Assembly (NCBI GenBank): GCA_030390025.1
Contig: JASTWF010000334.1
Coordinates: forward strand, 496,001-531,926
Reading direction: 5' to 3'
DNA length: 35,926 bases
Origin: Squalus acanthias
Lineage: Eukaryota
The notes beneath the pieces were generated by a model that had not been told where the DNA came from, did not search any database, and was given only the letters and a program-made list of their open reading frames with translations. The position numbers and the translations under genes were made by a program. Positions 22,453 to 34,561 of the stretch are shown here, piece by piece (within the stretch, counting starts at the first letter, position 1; the number at the start of each line of letters is the position of its first letter).

Positions 22453-25434
22453 TTAGTGGGGGGGAGGTTTCAAGAGAGCGAAGAATAAAAATGTCAGCGG
22501 AGAAGGCAATAGAGCAAATTAGCAGTGGGGAAATTAAAAACCAGAGCATGTCAGGAAAGGACAGAATATATAAAGATAAAGGTAAAGTAGTAAAGGGGGT
22601 AAAAGCAGGAATGAATTGTCACAAAACATGTTTAAAAGTTCTTTATCTGAATGCACGCAGCATTCGTAACAAAATAGACGAGTTGACGGTACAAATAACT
22701 ACACATGGGGATGATCTGGTGGCCATTACAGAAACATGGCTGCGAGGTGACCATGACTGGGAACTAAACATCCAGGGGTATTTGACTATTAGGAAGGACA
22801 GACAGGAAGGAAAGGGAGGTGGGGTGGCTATGTTAATAAAGGATGGAATCACTGCAATAGTGAGAAATGATATTGGGTCAAAGGATCAGGATAGTGAAAC
22901 AGTTTGGGTGGAGATAAGGAATAATAAGGGGAAAAAGTCACTAGTGGGTGTAGTCTATAGGCCTCCTAACAGTTGTAACTCTATTGGTCGGAGTATAAAT
23001 CAGGAAATAGTTGGGGCTTGTAAGAAGGGAACAGCTATAATCATGGGAGATTTTAACTTTCATATTGACTGGACAAATCAAATTGGGCAGGGCAGCCTTG
23101 AGGAAGAGTTCACAGAGTGCATTAGGGACGGGTTCCTTGAGCAGTACGTTACTGAACCAACCAGGGGGCAGGCAATCTTAGATCTGGTCCTGTGTAATGA
23201 GACAGGATTAATAAAAAATGTCCTAGTAAAGGATCCCCTTGGAATGAGTGACCATAACATGGTTGAATTCCAAATTCAGTTGGAGGGTGAGAGAGTTGGA
23301 TCTCAAACCAGCGTACTAAGCTTAAATAAAGGAGACTATGAAGGTATGAGAGCAGAGTTGACTAAAGTGGACTGGGAAAATAGATTAAGGTGTAAGACGG
23401 TACAGGAGCAGTGGTGTACATTCAAGGAGGTATTTCACAACTTTCAAGAAAAATATATTCCACTGAGGAAAAAGGGGCGTAAAAGAAAAGACAGCCATCC
23501 GTGGCTAAGTAAAGTAATAAAGGAAAGTATCCGACTGAAAACAAGGGCATATAAAGTAGCCAAATCTAGTGGGAGGATAGAAGATTGGGAAGCATTTAAA
23601 AGCCAGCAAAGAATAACTAAAAGATTAATTAAGAAGGGGAAGATAGATTATGAAAGTAAACTAGCAAAAAATATAAAAACAGATAGCAAGAGTTTCTACA
23701 GTTATATAAAAAGAAAAAGGGTGGCTAAAGTGAATGTTGGTCCCTTAGAGGACGAGACCGGGAAATTAGTAGTGGGGAACACGGAGATGGCAAATACGCT
23801 GAACAAATATTTTGTATCAGTCTTTACAGTAGAGGATACTAAAAATATCCCAACACTGGACAAACGGGGGGCTATAGGGGGGCAGGAGCTAAACACGATT
23901 AAAATCACTAAGGAGATGGTACTCGGTAAGATAATGGGACTTAAGGCAGATAAATCCCCTGGACCTGATGGCTTACATCCTAGGGTCTTGAGAGAAGCAG
24001 CGCTAGGGATTGCGGATGCATTGGTGGTAATTTTCCAATACTCCCTGGATTTGGGAAAGGTCCCAGCAGATTGGAAAACTGCTAATGTAACGTCCTTATT
24101 TAAAAAGGGAGGTAGACAAAAGGCTGGAAACTATAGACCAGTTAGCCTAACATCTGTGGTTGGTAAAATGTTGGAGTCCATTATTAAGGAAGCAGTAACA
24201 GGACATTTGGATAAGCATAATTTAATCGGACAGATTCAGCATGGTTTTATGAAGGGGAAATCATGCTTGACAAATTTGCTCGAATTCTTTGAGGACGTAA
24301 CAAACAGGGTGGATAAAGGGGAACCAGTGGATGTCGTGTATTTGGACTTCCAAAAGGCATTTGATAAGGTGCCACACAAAAGATTACTGCACAAGATAAA
24401 AAATCACGGGATTGGGGGTAATATACTGGCATGGGTGGAAGATTGGCTATCTAACAGAAAACAGAGAGTTGGGATAAATGGTTCATTCTCGGGTTGGCAA
24501 TCAGTAACTAGTGGTGTTCTGCAAGGGTCAGTGCTGGGACCCCAACTCTTTACAATCTATTTTAACGATTTGGAGGAGGGGACTAAGTGCAACGTATCCA
24601 AGTTTGCTGACGATACAAAGATGGGAGGAAAAGCAGTGAGTGAGGAGGACATAAAAAGCCTGCAAAAGGACATAGACAGGCTAAGTGAGTGGGCGGAAAT
24701 TTGGCAGATGGAATATAATGTTGGAAAGTGTGAGGTTATGCACTTTGGCAGAAAAAATCAAAGAGCAAGTTATTATCTAAATGGAAAGAAACTGCAAAGT
24801 GCTACAGTACAAAGGGGTCCTGGTGCATGAAACACAGAAGGTTAGTATGCAGATACAGCAGATGATCAGGAAGGCCGATGGAATCTTGGCTTTTATTGCA
24901 AGGGAGATGGAGTATAAAAGCAGGGAAGTCTTGCTTCAGTTATACAAGGTACTGGTGAGGCCACACCTGGAATACTGCGTAAAGTTTTGGTTTCCATATT
25001 TAAGAAAAGATATACTTGCTCTCGAGGCAGTTCAGAGAAGGTTCACTCGGTTGATTCCGGAGATGAGGGGGTTGACTTTTGAGGAAAGGTTGAGTAGGTT
25101 GGGCCTCTACTAATTGGAATTCAGAAGAATGAGAGGCGATCTTATTGAAACATATAAGATTGTGAGGGGGCTTGATCGGGTGGAGGCGGGGAGGATGATT
25201 CCACTGATGGGTGAGACTAGAACTAAGGGGCATAATCTTAGAATAAGGGGCTGCCGTTTCAAAACTGAGATGAGGAGAAACTTCTTCATTCAGAGGGTAG
25301 TAAATCTATGGAATTTGCTACCTCAGAGAGCTGTGGAAGCTGCGACATTAAATAAATTTAAAATGGAGATAGACAGTTTCCCAGCTGATAAGGGAATTAA
25401 GGGTTATGGGGAGCGGGCAGGGAAGTGGACGTGA
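22443..25434 (+). pseudogene. CR1 ORF2 (APE endonuclease and RT)
   Basis: A 779-aa open stretch (22491-24830) has the endonuclease and RT motifs including KFADD. A small deletion or frameshift occurs near 24815 and a stop at 25111. Confidence 0.93.
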
Positions 25435-25807
25435 GTCTAGGTTCGGATCAGCAATGATCCTATTGAATGGCGGAGCAGGCCCGAGGGGCCATATGGCCTA
25501 CTCCTGCTCCTACTTCTTATGTTCTTATGTTCTTATGAAGGGATCGAGTGTAATGCAGCCAAGTTTGCGGATGATACAAAAATTGGAGGGAAAGCAAGTT
25601 GTGCAGAGGACTCAAAGAATCTGCAAAGGGATATAGACAGGCTAGGTGAGTGGGCAAACATTTGGCAGATGGAGTATAATGTGGGAAAGTGTGAGGTTAT
25701 CCACTTTGGCAGGAAAAGTAAAAAAGCAAACTATTATTTAAATGGAGAGAGATTACAAAATGCTACAGTTCAGAGGAACCTAGGGGTCCTTGTGCATGAA
25801 ACACAAA

Positions 25808-26651
25808 GGGCAGAATTTTCATTGACCCGTGGAGGCGGGTTTGGAGGCGTGTGGGGGGTTAAAATAGCAGATTCGGGGGTCCCGAACACATCCCATCCCC
25901 AACCCGCCTCCATGCCACTTTCACAGGAGGCGGGTACCCGACCTGTGCTGGGACCCGCCTCCCCGAGGTGGGAAGGGGATTAGTGCCAATAAACTGCCTG
26001 TTAACAGGTAGTTAACAGGCAGTTTTTTGCCTAATCCCTATTTTTAGCCCTGAAGTGTGGGCTTCCCGACAGGTCCGAACCACGCCGATTTAGCGAGGTG
26101 GACCGTCGGTCTGGAGGGCTTGGAGGGGTCGAGATGTCCGGTGTGCAGGTGAGTGATGGGTGCATGAGTGCAGAAGTAAGTGTGTTTGCTGTGTGTAAAG
26201 TGTTTTAAGAACTTGTACTTACCTTAACTTTGTCCTGCAGGCTTCCTTCCTTCAGTTCTCGGGAGTCCCTCAGCTCACCGGCACAGAAAGCAGAATGGCC
26301 GCGGAGCTGTCAAAAGCTGCAGTCTCTGCTTTCTGTGCTGGATTGATTTCTAACTGAGTCTAAGTACAGGGACTCACATTAGAAATCATATTGTCAGTGT
26401 TTGACAGCTTCACAGAGCTGTCAAACGCTGAAATTTCATCTGTCAAAAGCTCTTGACAGATGAAATTTCAATGGCTGACGTCACCTGTATCCAAGGGACC
26501 CTTGATTGGCCTGCTAAGCCAGCTGGGCGGGCTTAACAAGGTCAATCAAGGGAAAATACAGTGGGCTGGCCACAAGTCGATGGAGGCGGGACTACAACCC
26601 AAAAAGTGGGAGTCCCGCCTCCATCATGTCCCCATTGACAAAATCCAGCCC
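25808..26651. mobile_element. Non-autonomous Harbinger-type element (844 bp)
   Basis: TIRs GGGCAGAATTTT and GGGCTGGATTTT. A 3-bp TSD AAA is inferred from restoring the CR1 reading frame. Confidence 0.85.
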
Positions 26652-27867
26652 AAAAAGTTAGCATGCAGGTACAGCAATTAATCAAAAAGGCAAATGGAAT
26701 GTTGGCCTTTATTTCAAGGGGGATGAAGTATAAAAGCAGGGAAGTCCTGCTACAACTGTACAGGGTATTGGTGAGACCACACCTTGAGTACTGCGTACAA
26801 TTTTGGTCTCCTTATTTAAGGAAGGATATACTTGCATTGGAGGCAGTTCAAAGACGATTCACTAGGTTAATTCCAGAGATGAGGGGTTTGACTTATGTGG
26901 CAAGGTTGAGCAGGCTGGGCCTATACTCATTGGAATTTAGAAGAATGAGAGGTGATCTTATTGAAACATATAAGTTACAGAGGGGGCTCGACAGGGTAGA
27001 TGCAGAGAGGATGTTTCCCCTCATGGGGAAATCTAGAACTCGGGGGCACAGTCTCAGAATAAAGGGTCGCCCTTTTAGAACTGAGATGAGGAGGAATTTC
27101 TTCTCTCAGAGGGTCGTAAATTTGTGGAATTCTCTGCCCCAGAGAGCTGTGGAGGCTGGGTCATTAAATACATTTAAAGTGGAGATAGACAAATTTTTGC
27201 ACGATAAGGGAGTGAAGGGTTATGGGGAGCGGGCTGGGAAGTGGCTTTGAGCCCAAGATCAGCCATGATCTTATTGAATGGCGGAGCGGCCAAGTGGCCT
27301 ATTCCTGCTCCTATTTCTTATGTTCTTATGAAGATGCTGAATCCCCTCTCCCCAGTTATCTCCTTCTCTGCACTGCTCCCCGTTTACGAGCAAAAAAAGG
27401 GGACTGATAAAATGATAACAATTATAATTGTTGAAAAATCTGTTCTTACTTGTTAAGGCCTCATTAATGATCTTTCAGAGAGAGTAATGTCAGTTTTCCA
27501 CTGGGGGAAATGAAAACAATCTGCTGGGAATTAATCCACCCGTTGAGATGAGATCCGTCACCAATGGAGCAGCTCAACTCATTGGCTGAGATTCTGTTCC
27601 ACATGAAATCAGTGGTGATTGTTATATTAACTGGGTCAGTGTTACTGGTGGTGGGAGAGGGAGGCCCAGGAGCTCAGGATCACAGAGACTAGGCCCACAT
27701 CAACTACCATCGACTTTAAACACTGCTCCCCACGAAAAATTACCATTGGCCCTTTAAATTCTGCTCCCCCCTTTCAACTAACATCTGCCCTTTAAACTCT
27801 ACACCTTCCCCTGAATTATAAAATACTACTAAACCACAACACACGCCCTGGCACACCCACACACCCC

Positions 27868-28122
27868 CAACCCCCCGGGGTTTTTAGTCACTATACGTTC
27901 CCACTCTGTGGTTATTAGAGAATAATCCCCCCCCTCCGGGACTTTTATACACTATGACCAACCCCCGTCTCGGGGATACTAGAAACTATTCCCCTCACCC
28001 CCAGGATATTAGACTATCCTGCATCCACTGCCCCGGGGTTACTAGACACTATTCCTCCCCCATCCCCCAGGGTTATTAGACACTATCCCCCACCTCTGTG
28101 TTATTAGACACTATCTCCCCTG
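27868..28122. repeat. Degenerate minisatellite (cccc-ggggttattagacactat-like units)
   Basis: About eight imperfect 30-35 bp units. The reverse complement of one unit appears at the window end (~35890-35915). Confidence 0.65.
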
Positions 28123-29036
28123 CAACACCTACAACAGTTTAATCAATGATCAGTGAATGAAATCCTGTCGAGTGAACTCACTCAATGCCAATTGAGGAAT
28201 TCACTGGATCAGTTTCTATTGGTTGGTGTGAGGGTAACGAGAGGCACAAATTAAAAATAAACTATGTCCCCAAATTGGCGCAGCCTCCCGACACATTCCA
28301 GCTGTAACTCAACAGGATCTGGACACAGGATCCGGGCCCACCAGGGGCGGGGATTCCAGGCCAGAGAAGAAGCCTGGACCCTGAAGATCAAGTAGTGGGG
28401 GCTGAACAGGACACAATAATGTTTATGGAGGGGAAGGAATTGGAAGCACCCCTGGTTGGCAGCAGGTGCCCATGTTTCGGGCAGTGTAGGGTCTGAGATG
28501 CCCCCATAGAGGCACCAGTGGCCGTTGACCCCATGCTAATGAGAGGACTCCCACTTACCCCCATACTCCGGGGCAGGGTCAGTGCTGAGGGCAGTGTTGG
28601 GTAAAACCCCAGTGTCGTTGTCCAGTCTGTGGGCCGTCGAATTTCAGAGCCTATTTCTCCACAGTGGATGGTGAGAATGTGGAATTCTCTGCCAAAAATT
28701 GGTGATGAAGCCGAGCCCATCAATTCTTTCAAATGAGAAATAGATATCTGTTAACAATCAACTATTGGAGGGTATGGTAGTGAGCAGGAGAGTGGGATTA
28801 GACTGGATGGGTTATTAAAGGGAATGTGGTGTGAGCATGAGAGTGGGATATTAAAGGGTACGGGGTGTGAGCGGAGCATGGGAATGGACAGGGTAGAATA
28901 TTGGTGGTTTGCAAAGTTAGATAGTTGCCCATTTTAGGAAATTCCTTCAGGTGCCGCCCCTTTCTGTTCCCTCTAATTTACACAGCAGGTAATCCACTAA
29001 CTTTCCACCCACAGCACTAACCTGTCCTCACACACC

Positions 29037-29742
29037 GGGCTCAATTTTGCCAGGCCCGCGGAGGCAGGAATGGAGGCGTGTGGGGTGTTAAAATTGCAAA
29101 AAATGGCGGGCGGGCCTGACCCCGCCTCCATCCCACCTCCGAGCAATTTTCCCAATTGCGTGGTTTCTGATCCCGTCTCCGTCCCGCCTCCAAGAGGCGG
29201 GATAGGCCCTTAAGGCCCTTAACAGCCACTTAATTGCCTCTTCAATCCCATTTTGAGAGGCCTTTCTGATTTTAACACTTTTCCGACGTGATGCACGCCT
29301 CCTCTGAAACATGACAGTGAAACCTGGCGGTAGCACACTTGGATTGCTGACTATCAGCTGCAGGTCCACCATTAAGAAGGAGATTTGATCAATCATCATT
29401 CTGGGGGAACTTTTAGCAGTCATAACAGTGGTGGTGGTACAAAAAAAATCTGGGAGCAGATTTAGGTCTCCTGCTCCTCATTTTGCCTCCAGGTCCCTCT
29501 CACAGCAAAGGCCAAAAGCTTCCCAGTCTTTGCAGACCTTAAATGCAGCAGCAATGATGACATCATCACAGGCGACTTTCAGACTGAAAAAACTAATTGC
29601 GTCATGGGTTCCCACATGCTGGAACTCAATTGCCCAATTAGGGGAAAATCAAATAATTCTCCCACATCCAATTGGAGTCGGGTGGCTAACATGAAAAGCG
29701 GATGACATGACCCCAGCCCACCCCAATGACAAAATCGAGCCC
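29037..29742. mobile_element. Non-autonomous Harbinger-type element (706 bp) in lectin intron 2
   Basis: TIRs GGGCTCAATTTTG and GGGCTCGATTTTG; TSD acc/act. The empty site is visible in the paralog at ~34575-34590. Confidence 0.9.
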
Positions 29743-29763
29743 ACTGTGTCTGTTTGGCCCTAC

Positions 29764-29818
29764 CTGCCACATCACTGACGAGCAATGCACTCAGCACCAA
29801 AACTGTCACCAGCATCAT
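29764..29818 (-). CDS. C-type lectin gene (left copy), signal-peptide coding exon
   Basis: MMLVTVLVLSALLVSDVA plus G|gtaggg (phase 1), which fits the phase-1 exon at 19749. The exon spans 29764-29846 and follows the acceptor cttttccttgtgtttcag. Confidence 0.85.
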
Positions 29819-29924
29819 GTCTGCAGTGAAGTTCCTTTCCTCTAACCTGAAACACAAGGAAAAGATTCAACATTAGTGTCAAGGTTTCAAATTAAAGATT
29901 GAGATTTCCCGCTCCCATTCCTAC

Positions 29925-30200
29925 CTCTCTCCCCCAGTTGTCTGATGTGATGAGGTTTCGAGTGTCACTGCATATATATAAATCACAGATTGTGGAGACC
30001 TTTGGAACCATTGAAATCAGATCCAATTGGCTGGACCATCAACGATCTCAAAATTTCTGCTGGCCAATCAGTGACTGGCAGCTCAGAACAGGAGGGACTG
30101 GAAACCACTGGAATGTTTTGTGTGCGACACATGAGATTGTACAACGTGGCACTGTAACTGCTCACTGAGAAATGGAAACTGCAGTCACGCTTCCTGACCC
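29925..30200 (-). promoter_or_regulatory. Lectin (left copy) proximal promoter and non-coding exon 1
   Basis: TATATATA at 29973-29980 with CCAAT/ATTGG boxes upstream. The short exon ends GAG|gtagga at 29925, followed by a 78-nt intron (29847-29924) with a ctaat branch point. Confidence 0.72.
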
Positions 30201-30210
30201 CATTTTAGTA

Positions 30211-30580
30211 TCATAGAATAGTACAGCACAGAAGGAGGCCATTCGGCCTATCGAGTCTGCGCCGGCTCCTTCAAACAGCAGTCCATTTAGTACCACACGC
30301 CCGCTCTTTCCCATATCCCCGCAATTCTTTTCCTACAAGTATTTATCCAATTCCCTACTATTGAATCTATATCTACCACCCTATCAGGCAGTGCATTCCA
30401 AATTCTAACCAGTTTTTCCTTGTGTCTCCTCTGATTCTTTTGACAATCACCTTAAATCTGTGCCCTCTGGTTAGCGACCCTTCAGCCATAGGAAACAGTT
30501 TCTCTTTATCGACTCCATCTAAACAGTTCATGACTTCAAACACCTCTATCAAATTTCCCCTTAGCCTTCTCTGCTCTAAC
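30211..30580 (-). mobile_element. Short CR1 3' fragment
   Basis: YSLEQRRLRGNLIEVF...LFPMAEGSLTRGHRFK, then 3' UTR and tail. Absent from the right arm. Confidence 0.82.
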
Positions 30581-31344
30581 GAGTACATTCTTGCAACACT
30601 GCTCTTAATACGGTTTTGATAATCATCTAAATTAAGCAATGAACCACCTTTCCATCACATCAGCTCTCCATTTCATCGGGAACCTGAAATAAAAAGCCTG
30701 TAAGTGAATGCATTTATGATATTAGGATTTAATGAATATTATCAATGAGAACAATATTGAGGTAACGACCCCAAAAATAAAGGGATAATACTCACAAAAA
30801 CATGAGAATTTATCTAATTCCTTTTGTAATAGATCTGAAACCCATCTATTCCCCCATTTCTCACCATGGCGGAAGTTGTCCTTCATGCACTGGCTGCAGT
30901 GAGATTGTAACCCGTTTGTAAAGAACAGGGTCAATTGGGAATCATTGGCATCTTTCAAAAGGAGCTGGATTGATGTCTGTTCTGAAGGGGGATTGAGGGA
31001 TATGGAGATAACGGAACAGCTTGATGTTTTTTCCAGGAACAGAATGGAGCATTCCCTAAACCTACTGGTGGTGTGGGAGGCAATCCATGATGGAATAATG
31101 AGACCTGGACTTTGAATGGAGTGGGATTGATGGGCCGAATGGCCTTTTCTTCCTCCACACTCGCTCCTGTTCTAATGAATGGGTTTACATATTCACTGCA
31201 CCCAGTACACAGATCAGATCCTCCCACATAGGGTTCAAGGAGCCAGTGGGGTCGTGGAATCGGGCACACAAGCCCACCTCTCTTCTGTGCTTTGTGACTC
31301 CTTTCAGCATGAAGACGGTTCCTGACTTTTTGACGACTACATTG

Positions 31345-31463
31345 CCGTGTTCTCTGTAATTTTGTTTGGCACCGCGCAGCCCCCATGGGCCATTTATAAT
31401 ACTGGGCATGTCTGGTTTTTACATTGAAAAGCCAGCAAGCCGAGCAGCTTACAGGGAACATTT
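31345..31463. mobile_element. hAT-type MITE (degenerate)
   Basis: Ends ccgtgttctct / agggaacattt; TSD ctacattg / ctacactg; internal similarity to 14047-14189. Confidence 0.72.
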
Positions 31464-31517
31464 CTACACTGGTGCTCAGTACTTTGGCTCACAGCCAAAG
31501 TGTGTCTCCCAGGAACT

Positions 31518-33270
31518 GAAATGAAGGACAGTAGTGGGAACTTGTGCATGGAGTCAGAAGAGATAGGAGAGGTGATGAATGAATACTTTTTGTCAGTGTT
31601 CACCGAGGAGAGGGGCCATGTTCTTGAGGATGAGAGTGTGATAAAGGTGGATAGGCTGGAGGTGGTAGATGTTCTGAGGGAAGATGTTTTAGCAATTTTG
31701 AAGAACCTGAGGGTCGATAAGTCCCCTGGGCCAGATGGGATATATCCTAGGATTCTTTGGGAGGCAAGGGAGGAGATTGCAGAGCCTCTGGCTTTGATCT
31801 TTGGGTCCTCACTGTCCACGGGGATGGTGCCAGAGGACTGGAGAGTGGCGAATGTTGTTCCTCTCTTCAAGAAAGGAAATAGGAATGACCCTGGTAATTA
31901 TAGGCCGGTTAGTCTTACTTCGGTGGTTGGTAAGATAATGGAAAAGGTCCTGAGGGATAGGATTTATGACCATTTGGAAAGGGGCAACTTAATCAGGGAT
32001 AGTCAACACGGATTCGTGAAGGGTAAGTCTTGCCTAACAAATTTGATTGAATTCTTTGAGGAGGTAACTAAATGTGTAGATGAAGGTAGAGCAGTTGATG
32101 TCGTATACATGGATTTTAGTAAGGCGTTTGATAAGGTTCCCCATGGTCGGCTCATGAAGAAAGTAAGGAGTTGTGGGATAGAGGGAAATTTGGCCGATTG
32201 GATAAGTAACTGGCTATCTCATAGAAGGCAGAGGGTGGTGGTGGATGGAACATTTTCAGACTGGAGACCAGTTACCAGCGGTGTGCCACAGGATCGGTGC
32301 TGGGTACTCTGCTGTTTGTGATTTTTATCAATGACTTGGAGGAGGGGACTGAAGGGTGGATCAGTAAATTTGCTGATGACACCAAGATTGGTGGAGTAGT
32401 GGATGAGGTGGAGGGCAGTTGTAGGCTGCAAAGAGACATTGATAGGATGCAGAGCTGGGCCGAAAAATGGCAGATGGAATTTAACCCTGATAAGTGCGAG
32501 GTGATTCATTTTGGTAGGGCAAATGTGAATAAGGATTACAGGGTCAACGGCAGGGTTCTGAGGAACGTGGAGGAGCAGAGGGATCTGGGGGTTCATATCC
32601 ACAGATCTCTGAAGGTTGCCACTCAAGTGGATAGAGCAGTAAAGAAGGCCTATGGTGTGTTGGCGTTTATTAACAGAGGGTTTGAGTTTAAGAACCGTGA
32701 GGTTATGCTGCAACTGTACAGGACCTTGGTGAGACCACATTTGGAATATTGTGTGCAGTTCTGGTCACCTCACTATAGGAAGGACGTGGAAGCATTGGAA
32801 AGAGTGCAAAGGAGATTTACCAGGATGCTGCCTGGTTTGGGGGGGAGGTCTTATGAGGAAAGATTGAGGGAGTTGGGGCTTTTCTCTTTAGAGCGGAGGA
32901 GGATGAGAGGCGACTTAATAGAGGTTTATAAGATGATGAGGGGGATAGATAGAGTGGATGTTCAGAGACTATTTCCTCGGGTAGAGGCAGCTGTTACAAG
33001 GGGGCATAACTATAAGGTGCATGGGGGGAGATATAGAAGGGATGTCCGAGGTAGATTCTTTACTCAGAGAGTGGTTGGGGTGTGGAATGGACTGCCTGCT
33101 GTGATAGTGGAGTCGGACACTTTAGGAACTTTCAAGCGGTTATTGGATAAGCACATGGAGCACACCAGAGTGATAGGGAGTGTGATAGCTTGATCTTGGT
33201 CTCGGACAATGCTCGGCACAACATCGAGGGCCGAAGGGCCTGTACTGTGCTGTACTGTTCTATGTTCTAT
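31518..33270 (+). mobile_element. 5'-truncated CR1 LINE in the spacer of the inverted duplication
   Basis: RT ORFs 31500-32321 and 32297-33193 are separated by one frameshift. Tail tgttctatgttctat. Confidence 0.93.
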
Positions 33271-33329
33271 AAATAGTCACATAAAAACCAAGGGCTGTCG
33301 AAACCTTCACAGACACTAACCGCGCATAG

Positions 33330-33675
33330 GAACGTAGGTCATTAGGAATTGGAGTAGGCCATTCAGTCCCTCAAGCCTGCTCCGCCATTCAATTAGATCA
33401 CAACTGATCTGCACGTCAACTCCATTTACCCGTCAAATCATTTAAACATTTTAAAAACCTCAATCAGTTCACCCCTCAGTCTTCTATACTCTGGGGAATA
33501 GAAGCCAAGTTTATGCAGCTTGTCCTCATAATTTACTCCTCTGAGCCTCGGTATCATTCTGGTGATTCTCCACTGCACCCACTCCAAGAGCAATATATCC
33601 CTCCTGAGATGTGGTGCCCAAAAGTGAACTGAACACTCCAAATGGGGTCTGACCAAGGCACTGTATAACTGAAGC
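33330..33675 (-). mobile_element. Degenerate CR1 3' fragment
   Basis: LVRPHLECSVHFWAPHLRRDI...RRLRGELIEVFKM plus CR1 3' UTR. Confidence 0.8.
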
Positions 33676-34124
33676 AGGACAGGACTTTTGGGTCTAGAGG
33701 GTTACACCACCTGTTGGTTTAGGGAATGCTCTGTTCTGTCCCTGGAAAAACACCAAGAGGTTCTGTTATCTCCTCATCCCTCAATCCCCCTTCTGAACAG
33801 ACATCGATCCAGCTCCTTTTTCAAAGGTGCCAATGATTCTGAATTAACCCTGTTCTTTACAAACAGATTACAATCTCACTGCAGCCAGTGCATGAAGGAG
33901 ACCTTCCACCATGGTGAGAAATGGGGGAATAGATGGGGTTCAGATCTACAGTATTACAAAAGGGATTGGATTGTTCTATATAAAAATTCTCAAGTTTTTG
34001 TGAGTATTATCACTTTATTTTGGGGTTTTCACCTCAATATAATGGCCACCAAATCCAATGTTCTCATTGATAATATTCATCAAATCCTAATATCATAAAT
34101 GCATTTCCTAACAAGCTGATCACT

Positions 34125-34400
34125 GGGTCAGGAAGCGTGACTGCAGTTTCCATTTCTCAGTGAGCAGTTACAGTGCCACGTTGTACAATCTCATGTTTCG
34201 CTCACAAAACATTCCAGTGGTTTCCAGTCCCTCCTGTTCTGAGCTGCCAGTCACTGATTGGCCAGCAGAAATTTTGAGATCATTGATGGTCCAGCCAATT
34301 GGATCTGATTTCAATGGTTCCAAAGGTCTCCACAATCTGTGATTTATATATATGCAGTGACACTCGAAACCTCATCACATCAGACAACTGGGGGAGAGAG
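34125..34400 (+). promoter_or_regulatory. Lectin (right copy) proximal promoter and non-coding exon 1
   Basis: ATTGG at ~34257, CCAAT at ~34295 and TATATATA at 34345-34352. Donor GAG|gtagga at 34400/34401; intron 34401-34478. Confidence 0.72.
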
Positions 34401-34506
34401 GTAGGAATGGGAGCGGGAAATCTCAATCTTTAATTTGAAACCTTGACACTAATGTTGAATCTTTTCCTTGTGTTTCAGGTGAGAGGAAAGGAACTTCACT
34501 GCAGAC

Positions 34507-34561
34507 ATGATGCTGGTGATGGTTTTGGTGCTGAGTGCATTGCTCGTCAGTGATGTGGCAG
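34507..34561 (+). CDS. C-type lectin paralog (right copy), signal-peptide coding exon
   Basis: MMLVMVLVLSALLVSDVA plus G|gtaggg; the exon spans 34479-34561. Lectin identity is inferred from paralogy, because downstream exons lie outside the window. Confidence 0.8.

Larger units (their letters stand above)
20834..25535 (+). mobile_element. Near-full-length CR1 LINE (5' UTR, ORF1, ORF2, tail), few lesions
   Basis: A ~50 bp 5' monomer is repeated (20831-20879, 21132-21180). ORF1 spans 21496-22452, ORF2 ends at 25434, and there is a (tatgttct)n tail. Confidence 0.94.
19800..27329 (+). mobile_element. 5'-truncated CR1 LINE split by two inserts (pieces 19800-20833, 25536-25807, 26652-27329)
   Basis: The RT reading INDL|DEGIECNAAKFADD rejoins across the 20834-25535 insert, and HETQ|KVSMQVQQ rejoins across the MITE. 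(tatgttct)n tail at ~27318-27329. Confidence 0.88.
28095..31077 (-). repeat. Left arm of an inverted segmental duplication
   Basis: Its reverse complement aligns with 33703-35926, apart from arm-specific inserts (29037-29742 and ~30200-30697 on the left, 35024-35451 on the right). Confidence 0.92.

Noticed and set aside
29983..30165. 60-aa ORF duplicated at 34160-34342
   Set aside because: It starts at GTG, lies upstream of the TATA box, and its similarity is explained by the duplicated promoter tract.
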